Shown piece after piece: positions 24,901 through 35,605 of a stretch of DNA of 64,000 nucleotides (its first letter is position 1; each line of letters opens with the position of its first letter). The notes under the pieces are model-generated. The model made no database searches and was not told where the DNA came from. It was given only the letters and a program-made list of their open reading frames with translations. The position numbers were made by a program, and so were the translations under genes. Location: the NCBI GenBank assembly GCA_012295275.1, contig CM022678.1:620001-684000 (forward strand), written 5' to 3'. Origin of the DNA: Chrysomallon squamiferum (Eukaryota; Animalia; Mollusca).

Positions 24901-26311
24901 CTCCTCTTTTTCTAGCTGTTTGTTACTGTGTACGTGATCCATCTTTGAATAATGAAAAATATAAAGTATTTTTCTATTTACTGGAACACGGAGCTGATCC
25001 TAATCTACCAGACAAAGATAACAATTCTGTTTTACACCTAGCAGCTGAACGTGGAAATATAGAAACTGTGACAGCACTGATTGAAAAAGGTGCTGATGTA
25101 AATGTTAGAAACAGCCAAGGTCAAACTCCTCTTTTTCTAGCTGTTTGTTACTGTGTACGTGATCCATCTTTGAATAATGAAAAATATAAAGTATTTTTCT
25201 ATTTACTGGAACACGGAGCTGATCCTAATCTACCAGACAAAGATAACAATTCTGTTTTACACCTAGCAGCTGAACGTGGAAATATAGAAACTGTGACAGC
25301 ACTGATTGAAAAAAGGTGCTGATGTAAATGTTAGAAACAGCCAAGGTCAAACTCCTCTTTTTTCTAGCTGTTTGTTACTGTGTACGTGATCCATCTTTGA
25401 ATAATGAAAAATATAAAGTATTTTTCTATTTACTGGAACACGGAGCTGATCCTAATCTACCAGACAATGATAACAATTCTGTTTTACACCTAGCAGCTGA
25501 ACATGGAAATATAGAAATTGTGACAGCACTGATTGAAAAAGGTGCTGATGTGAATGTTAGAACCAGCCGACGTCAAACTCCTCTTTTTCTAGCTGTTTGT
25601 TACTGTGTACTTCATCCTTCTCTGACTAATGAAAAATATAAAATATTTTTCTATTTACTGGAACACGGAGCTGATCCTAATCTACCAGACAATGATAACA
25701 ATTCTGTTTTACACCTAGCAGCTGAACGTGGAAATATAGAAATTGTGACAGCACTGATTGAAAAAGGTGTTGATGTAAATACTGAAAACAGGCAAGGTGT
25801 AACACCTCTTTTGTCAGCTGTTAATTACAGACAGCTTGATCCATCTCTGAAGGATGAAAAATGTAAAGTACTTTTGTATTTACTGGAACATGGAGCTGAC
25901 CCTAGTGTAACAGACAGTGATAACAGTTCTGTTTTACACCTAGCAGCTGAACATGGATACTTTGAAATTGTGATACCACTGATTGAAAAAGGTGTTGATA
26001 TAAACATTAAAAACAGTCGAGGTGAAACTCCTCTTCTTATTGCAGTTAAGAGTGCACAACTGATACTACCTTTGTATTTACTACAGCGAGAACCTTTGAA
26101 GAAAGTAAATTTCTTTATACAACAACATCAAGCTTTGAACAAAATAGCTTTGTATTTACTGGAGCATGGAGCTGATCCTTATTTAACAGACAATGATAAC
26201 ATTTCTGTTTTATACCAAGCAATAAAACATAGAAATTTAGAAGTTGTGACAACACTGATTGAAAAAGGTGTTGATGTAAATATTATAACCTGCAGAGGCT
26301 GTGAACTCTGA
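18988..26311 (+). CDS. Main exon of NLR-like protein: nSTAND3-like P-loop NTPase, helical region and >40 ankyrin repeats
   Basis: Acceptor tgatcag|18988 is in frame with ORF 19002-25322. It has YVETRA, Walker A GSSGSGKT, Walker B VVLIDDIFG, winged-helix-like FIHQSVFD, then ANK repeats (TPLFxA...LLEHGADPN...SVLHLAA...GN.EIV..LIEKG.DVN). ORF 25328-26311 is the continuation after two +1 homopolymer insertions (25309-25314, 25358-25363). Confidence 0.9.
21620..26290 (+). repeat. Coding tandem array of 21 di-ankyrin units (mostly 225 bp/75 aa, four of 198 bp/66 aa)
   Basis: Units counted from the translation. Near-identical copies start at 24901, 25126 and 25352. Confidence 0.88.
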
Positions 26312-27816
26312 ACAGAACCAAGTTGTCCTGTATTTACTGGAACATGATCCTATTTTAAGATGAGAGTGGTATCAACAGGAGAACTGTTTTATGTTTGTGG
26401 AGAATGGAGCTTAAGATAATAACAGATAAATATATTTTATTATGAATGTACACAGACTGTCACTTTTAAGTGCGAGATTACCTGGTGAGAATATTTTTAA
26501 ATTATGCCGAAATAATAGTTTGGCATGATATTGATGTTCATAAGAAATAGAAAAATTGTACTGAAGAAATCTAGATTTTGTTTGTGGTACAAAGTTGATC
26601 TTAATTTTCTATTTTCATCCTGAAACAATTCCTGATTCAGTTTTATTTTGAACTGCTTCATTTGTGCTTATTTATACTGTAATGTTGTATCAGTGTATTT
26701 AAGTGTGTGTTAAGTATTATTTTACAGTTTTGACTTTTCAATTCAAAAGAATAATTACTGATTCATTTGTCAGACCAGATTTTTGAAATTAAAGTCAATG
26801 TGAGTTTGTGTAACTATGTTGCTGATGTAGACTGGTGTATATCTAGATATTGCATTGCTGTACTGTATACTTGGCTATTTCTATTCTGATATTATATTTA
26901 TGTATGGTGTAGTTTTTGTTTCCATGCAAATATTGTATAACCATGTTATATAGTCTGTTTTATAAACTGAAATATATTATTAATGTATGGTGTAGCTTTT
27001 GTTTCCATACAAATATTTTATTAGCATATTGTGTAATCTAATGTATCTATACAAATATTATATTAATGTATGAATAGTTTTTGATTCTATGCAAATATTA
27101 CATTGCCATATTGTATTGTCTGTTCTATCTATTCAAATATTGTATAATATATGGCATACTTTTTTGTTTCTATACAAAGTTCGTATAACCATGTTCCATA
27201 GTCTTGTGTATCTATTCAAATATTGTCTTACAGTTGTACAGATTTTTTGTTATTTTGTTGTCTATTTTATTTATACATAACAAGAAATAATATTGTATGA
27301 AATTTTAATAATGATTTTTACTTTTCACTGAAACACTTGTGGATTTCTTGCTCAGTTCAATTTAGAAAGATGTTTAGATAAGTTAGGGTTCCAATAATCA
27401 TACAACATTAATAGTATTAATTTTGATCAGGTTATTCAATAAGTGAAAAGTCAAACAGTTTTTAAATGAGATTTATGTTATTATTCTATTAGACTATTCA
27501 TGTGAAGATGTCATAATTAAAGTTGTGTTTTAATATTGAGTCCACATTTTTAGTGTATATTTTTTATACTAGGTAAAAATGTATATTGTCAATGTAAAGG
27601 TTTTTTGGGTTTTTTGTTTTTTTGTTATTACATTATAAAATAGTTCTGTAGTACTAAATATTTTTACTATGTTTAAAAAAACTAAACTAGTATTATGATG
27701 ATTAATTTACGATTTTGTATATATTTTTATTTTATAAAATGTTTGGTTTTTCGTGTTTTTCATAAATTTATGTTTTGAAGTAAAATGTATATATATATGT
27801 GCATGTGTATGTGTGT

Positions 27817-27849
<33 letters not shown>

Positions 27850-28653
27850 CCAACAGCACCCTCACACAAAATCTGCATGTTTGATTTTGAATACATCTTT
27901 AATGGCTCTGCCTGACTGAACACCATGATAGACGCTAGTATAACACTATAAATGACAATATCGTAGTTATACTGCTGACAACTGAACCAGTGACAGTGTT
28001 TTACCATATATTAACGTCCCAGGTGTCTTGGAGGTATTTCCCAAGTATTTTACATCTAAACAAGGAGAAATAAACCTCATACACGTTAATGGTGTTTATG
28101 TATCTTTAGATTATGCTTCAAGCTTTTAGTTAAAAGATAGTAAAAAATTATTAAAGCAAATTTAATTTTAAATTATGAGTATTTTTAGTTAATAATGTTT
28201 ATCTGTTTTATAATTACAAAATATTAAACAATTAATCAAGTAAATTTAAATTAGGAATATTTGTATTTAGTAAATGTTTTCATTTGTTTGACATTGTAAA
28301 ACAAATTTAATCTGTGATATTTTATTACTACTGTTCCTTTACTTGTAAATAACTTGAATCAATGTTTTGTGATGAATTATTATTGTTATTATTATTATTA
28401 TTATTATTATTAAAAATTATTTTGAGGAATATATTAAGCTTTATATTATATATAATGATATTTTTTCTATTTGATTTTAATATTTTGGTTTGTCTTTGTT
28501 TTTTTTTTTTCTTTCTTGAAGATATTATTCTATGCATATTCTTTTGTTATTAAATTGTTTCTCAATTACGATTAAGTAATATAGGATGTAGTATTGAAAA
28601 GTAATTCTTAATTTCATTTTCTTCCTTTATTATTACTATTATTATTATTATTA

Positions 28654-28690
<37 letters not shown>

Positions 28691-28879
28691 TTATAACGGG
28701 TCTGTATTGAAGTAGTGATATTTAATAAGTGACAGAACGATGCAGTGACAAAGTATAATCAAAATTTTATTTTCAAAACTAGAACCACTGAATTGTTTGT
28801 ATATTTTAAACTTGTTTACAATTGTTGTTCCCCATCACTGCAGTTATCTTCCATCTCATAGTTGTTTACATTTCTTGAA

Positions 28880-28990
28880 CTGAAATGCAAATTGTGCGCA
28901 ATTCCACAAAGCTATTTGTTGAAAGGGACAGTTCCATGTCTCCTGACAACAGTTGCAAGCCTCTCTTCCCTCTGCATTTGTTCACCTACC
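28880..28990 (-). mobile_element. Possible relic of a MULE-type DNA transposase C-terminus
   Basis: Minus frame QMQREERLATVVRRHGTVPFNK*LCGIAHNL resembles the RL..vv..y...YLRGIAHNL tail I recall from animal MULE/FLYWCH transposases. Short and contains a stop. Confidence 0.35.
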
Positions 28991-29364
28991 ATTTGGTTGG
29001 ATGGTTGTCATTCCTTTGAAATTTACATCCAAGGTTTCACACCTATGAAATTTGTATCCGAGTTTCACACCTATGAAATGGCAAGCCTTTGAACAGAACT
29101 GTTTTATAACTATTTGTATTGACTATAGCACTGATTCTTAAATAACACCGAATAATAGTACTGTATAAATATATGTATATATATATATTTCTTCTTTTTT
29201 CTTTTCTTTTTTTTTTGATGATTGTTTTCTTGAAGAAATTATTTTATGCATATTATTTTTCTCTTTTGATGATTGTTTCCTTGGAGAAATTATTTTATAC
29301 ATATTATTTTGTTATTGAACTTTTATTTATTTTTATTTTTTATTCAATTACTAATGATTTATTG

Positions 29365-29426
<62 letters not shown>

Positions 29427-30726
29427 GTTATTTGGGAATCTATAGAATATTTTTTTTCATTTTTAACTTTTAACTTTTATGTTTTTAATCATTAGTATGT
29501 ACCAAATTAATTTATACAGCAAATACATGTACATATTTTTAACTACATTGATTTTTTTTTGTCTTACTTAATTAGCTTGGTAGAAAGTTTTTACTATATT
29601 TATTTTGTGCATCAACTAACTTTAGATCAAATTTCTGTTTTATAATTAACTATCTTTAATTAATGGATTGTCTCCCATTTGTTACACATCCAGATGTTAG
29701 TTTGATGCTTTATGAAGCTAACTCCAGTGATTTTAGTGCAGTAGTTACCAGTCACCAAGTGTTCTTCATTTTATTCAGTTATACTATAATATATAATAAA
29801 AAATAATAAAAAATTACTGATTACAATAATAATAATAATAAGAAGAAGAAGAAGAAGAAGAAGAAAGAAAGAAGAAAAAATCAAATTTATTATGTAGTTC
29901 ATGTGGCACAAGTTTTCTTTAAGATTGTCACAAGATGTTGTTTTTTTTCACTTTCAGAAACAGCAAATCAGATTAAAAAAATACTTGGTCTGGTTGGTTG
30001 TGAAAGTCACCTGATAGTTGGGTTGTCTTAAGCAGTAGTTTTTGTTGGGATTAGCAAGACAGGAAATAAATTAATGTTTCAGTACAGCTAACATTTCAGT
30101 ATCAGGAGTAATCAGACCACTTTAAATTGCTCTGTTTAAACTTTTATTAATTTTTTATTTTTTTTTGGTACTTATGGTAAATTATAATATGGAACAATTG
30201 CTTAATTATTTCCTCATCTTTTTGTGTAACAACTGGGAAGATGAGTCTATTATTGTATACTAGATAGAGCACATCTGATCATCAGTTCTCTCTGTCTGTG
30301 TTAATGTTAGTGCTATAACAAATGGGATGATAGTCATAACAGTTTTCATTGAGTGTAAATGTGATAAATTGCTAATGTTTTAAATAACAATTATTGTTAT
30401 GAAGTGTATTGTAATTCAACTGACAATTAACATAATAAATATATTTTATAAATGGTAATTACTTTTGTTTTCTTTATTAGATTAAGTATATTTCCTGTAT
30501 TATTCAAGAAAAAACACACTGCAATGGAATAATGCATTCTACGAGTTCATGTGACATCCTCTGACATTCACTAGTGACATAGTGTTACATTCAAGCATGT
30601 CTGGTAACTCTGCTAATGGACTCTTCCTATAAGTAAATTGTGGAAATTACTTGCAGTGTAGTCATCTGTAATTAAGTAAATCTCTGCAATATTTCTTTTA
30701 CTTGTGGTTTTAAAAAAATATTGTAA

Positions 30727-30770
<44 letters not shown>

Positions 30771-32005
30771 AATGTTACTTATTACTGGTATTGTGTTGTG
30801 TTTAAATGTAATGTACATTATAAACTAAATAATTAATAATAATAATATAGAAAAACAAATAAACACACTAACAAAATGTTTTACATATGTACTTTGATTA
30901 TACCTGCATTTATAATATAATTTAAAAAATAAAAATTTTAATCAAAAATATCAGAATATGTAAATGCAACACTAACTAAACATAACAATTTATGAATTAT
31001 TTTTACTAATTCACTATTTAAACACAAATATTCTGACTATGAAGTCACCTTAAAATTTCAAAAACAACAACATAAACTTTATAAACTGACACATTTTGAT
31101 AAACGTTATCATCTGTTTTCATCTGGACTCTATTACAGTGTCTGTATCTCAGGATGGGACCAGCAAGCACCACACCCTTGAGACCAGACCACACCCTGAC
31201 AGATCTGTGTTTCAATACAAAATGTAATTTATTACTGTTGTTTTTAACGGACGGAACCAATAAAAAATGAATCAAATTTAGTGAATGATTTGTACAATGT
31301 GCAGTAATAGCGATAAAATAAGATTAAAAACAAACAAGAAAAAGAAAGGTAAGACAAGACTCAAATTATAGAACAAAGCTGTAAATATACAAGTTATCAC
31401 AAGAACATTCTGACCACTGCAGTGGTCAAGTATTCATTACACTTGTATAATACAATGTAACAAGTACACAGAATGACCAGCCATAGGGTCAAAGAAAAAA
31501 AGAAAATCATTAAGATTGTGTAATAGACTGTAACAACTAGAATTTGTCCAGTCAGATGGTCAAGAGGTCACTGTGTTTGTGTAATACACAGTAATAATAG
31601 TTACTGGACGGATTGTGAAGGACATGGGAAGTAAAATGAACTGAGCAGTTTGTAAAATGTAGGTGGAGCCAGTTTCCAATAGCAACGTGTCAATAAATCA
31701 TTTATGCTCCAAATATTAATAATTATTTTTATTTGGCCAATCACATGGTTAAGACATTGCTTACATTTTGAGTAACACATGTACACAGACAGACAGACAG
31801 ACACATAGTATATTGTAAATTGTGGGAGGAGTCTGTTTTCTATCATGCAGACAATCAATAATTTATGTAATAAATATTAGTAATTATTACTGCACTGAAT
31901 GTCAAGTCAGTCACACATGGTGACAGAAACAGCCAATCGCTCTGCAGTATGTGGGCGGAACCAGACATCTGTCATTGAGATGAGATTTAAAGTGAGTCGC
32001 TGAGT

Positions 32006-32888
32006 TTATGTCTGACATCGTTTGAGCAGAGCTGTGCGTCATGGACACACGAGCAGTTTAAACGCCTCCTCACTGCCTGGCCCACACTCTTGTCTGGATG
32101 CAACAACACAGCAAGTCTCCTGTACGCCTTTGTTCACATCATCTCTGTCAAATACACACACAAAATAAACAAATAATAAACACATATATACATACATACA
32201 TACATACATACATACATACATACATACATACATAGACACACTCTTGTCTGGATGCAACAACACAGCAAGTCTCCTGTACGCCTTGTTCACATCATCTCTG
32301 TCAAATACACACACAAAATAAACAAATAATAAACACATATATACATACATACATACATACATACATAGACACACTCTTGTCTGGATGCAACAACACAGCA
32401 AGTCTCCTGTACTTTTGTTCACATCATCTCCGTCAAATACACACACACATAAATACACACATACATACATACATACATACATACATACATAGACACACTC
32501 TTGTCTGGATGCAACAACACAGCAAGTCTCCTGTACGCCTTTGTTCACATCATCTCTGTCAAATACACACACACACACATATATAAACAAATAATAAACA
32601 CATACATACATACATAGACACACTCTTGTCTGGATGGAACAACACAGCAAGTCTCCTGTACGCCGTGTTCACATCATCTCTGTCAAATACACACACACAT
32701 AAACAAATAATAAACACACACATACATACATACATACATACATACATACATACATACATACATACATAGACACACTCTTGTCTGGATGTAACAACACAAC
32801 AAGTCTCCTGTATGCCTTATTCACATCATCTCTGTCAAATACACACACACAAATAAACAAACAAACATAACAAACAAACAAATACTAA

Positions 32889-32925
<37 letters not shown>

Positions 32926-33974
32926 GGTGTGTACATTATTATACGTAAACACCTACATATGAACATATATTCACTTATATACCTAAAAACACTAACATAA
33001 AAGTAAATTAATAAATTAATTTTTATTTTTAAATTTATAAATTAATTCTGACAAAGAATCAACTACATGAACTGTAGTAACAATAATATTAATAATAAAG
33101 GAAAAGAATAAAAATAAATAAATAGATTAAGTAAGTATAATTTATGATTTTAACCTTTTGTTTAATGTAAATAAATGAACAAACTAAAAAAGATAAAAAA
33201 AATAAAAATAAATATAGAAATACTTTACAGACCTGATATTCCTAACTTTATATATTTTTGATTAATAATATTAATTAAAAACAAAATGAGTAAATATTTG
33301 AGTACTCACTTTGTGGCTCCAGCCTCAAGTCCGAGTCTTTCAAAGTCAGATTTTGAGTTTTTCAGTTTGTGGATGGCTTCTATCTGCTCCTTGGTGTAGC
33401 CAAGCTGAGTCTGAACAGGCAGACGTCTGCCGCCGTTGTCAATGGTAGACACAACCCCGTCAAACAGCGTCTGAAACAACAGCGTTTTTAAACCATAACT
33501 TAGTTACATTTATGTTGTCTGAGTATCAGTATGAATATACACATATGTGTACCTTGTCACTTTATGTAATTATTAAAATATGATTAGGTAACTGGAACAA
33601 AATGTTTGTTCTAATTTTCCAATTCTGATTGTGTATATTATTTGATGTCTTCACTGAGAAAAAAGGCTGAAGAAAGTACAATATAAATTTAGTATTTGTT
33701 AATCTGACCCATTCCAAGATTATTTAGATTGTTTCCATTTTGCATGTAAATATACGTTTTAACCATAGTAATAATAATAATAATAATAATAATTTAGTAT
33801 TTGTTAATCTGACCCATTCCAAGATTATTTAGATTGTTTCCATTTTGCACGTAAATATACGTTTTAACCATAGTAATAATAATAATAATAATAATAATTT
33901 AGTATTTGTTAATCTGACCCATTCCAAGATTATTTAGATTGTTTCCATTTTGCACATAAATATACGTTTTAACC

Positions 33975-34005
<31 letters not shown>

Positions 34006-34082
34006 TTTAGTATTTGTTAATCTGACCCATTCCAAGATTATTTAGATTGTTTCCATTTTGCACGTAAATATACGTTTTAACC

Positions 34083-34150
<68 letters not shown>

Positions 34151-35572
34151 TAATAATAATAATAATAATAACAACAGCAGTAATAAATAATATTAACAGT
34201 TATAATTTATTTATTGTAACAGTATCATAAAAAATAATAAAACTTTTATCAGGAGACTAAAAAAATTAAAATCAATTGTTTAAATTTTAAAAAAGATTGA
34301 TGTTGTTTTTGGAAAGGCAGGGGAAATAACTGGAAACCCAGTGAATGACTGGGTTGGTACCTGAACAGCAGTAACAGTATATATAACAAAAACAACAACA
34401 CTATTACTAATGTTAGTATAACGCTGTAAGTAAAATGAAGATAAAAAATAACAATACTATTCGAAATATTAATATTAAACTATAAGTAAGTGAAGATATA
34501 AAAACAACAATACTATTACTAATGTTAGTATAACACTGTAAGTAAATGAAGATAAAAAAATAACAATACTATTAGAAATATTAGTATTAAAATATAAGTA
34601 AGTGAAGATATAAAAACAACAATACTATTAATAATGTTAGTATAATTGCTATAAGTAAGTTAAGATATAAAAATAACAACACTATTACTAATGTTAGTAT
34701 AAAACTATGAGAACTGAAAATATAAAACATCACTGTTAGGAATTTAGTATAAAAAACAATAAGTAAAGATATAAAAATAACAACACTAATAGTAATGTTA
34801 GTATTAAACTATAAGTAAAGATATAAAAGCAATAGCACTAATAGTAATGTTATTAAGTAAAGATGTAAAACCTATAACACTATTAGTAATGTTATTAAGT
34901 GAGAATGTAAAAATAACAACACTATTAGTAATTAAGTAAAGATGTAAAAATAGTAACACTATTAGTAATTAAGTAAAGATGTAAAAGCAATAACACTATT
35001 AGTAATGTTATTAAGTGAAGATGTAAAAAATAACAACACTATTAGTAATTAAGTGAAGATGTAAAAGCAATAACACTATTAGTAATGTTATTAAGTGAAG
35101 ATGTAAAAATAACAACACTATTAGTAATTAAGTGAAGATGTAAAACTAGTAACACTATCAGTAATTAAGTGAAGATGTAAAACTAGTAACACTATCAGTA
35201 ATTAAGTGAAGATGTAAAAATAGTAATACTATTAGTAATTAAGTAAAGATGTAAAAAGCAATAACACTATTAGTAATGTTATTAAGTGAAGATGTAAAAA
35301 TAACAACATTATTAGTAATTAAGTGTGAAGATGTTTCTCACTTTAAACATATCGTTGACACCCTCGCCTGTCTGTGCTGATGTCTCAAAGTAGTGGAAGT
35401 GATGAGTGTCTGCCCACATCCTCCCCTCCACCTCCTCCACACTCCTCTTCTTGTCTGTCTGAAAATACACCACTGTGTCACATCACTGAATTCAAATACA
35501 CACACACACACACATACACACTCCTCTTCTTGTCTGTCTGAAAGAGACACCACTGTGTCACATCACTGAATT

Positions 35573-35605
<33 letters not shown>

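Noticed and set aside
19002-25322. Bacterial or endosymbiont origin of the huge intronless ankyrin ORF
   Set aside because: It has a splice acceptor and in-frame upstream exons, host-like composition, and local paralog relics embedded in animal DNA.
20273-26007. Minus-strand ORFs within the NTPase-ANK exon
   Set aside because: They are antisense shadows of the repetitive coding strand.
25328-26311. Separate 327-aa ankyrin gene
   Set aside because: It is the frameshifted continuation of the upstream ORF; its first residues are an out-of-frame reading of the same repeat unit.
32039-32041. In-frame TGA before RTALLK as possible selenocysteine or readthrough
   Set aside because: The position is not a conserved Cys, there is one extra codon relative to the family pattern, neighbouring indels suggest poor consensus, and I saw no SECIS.
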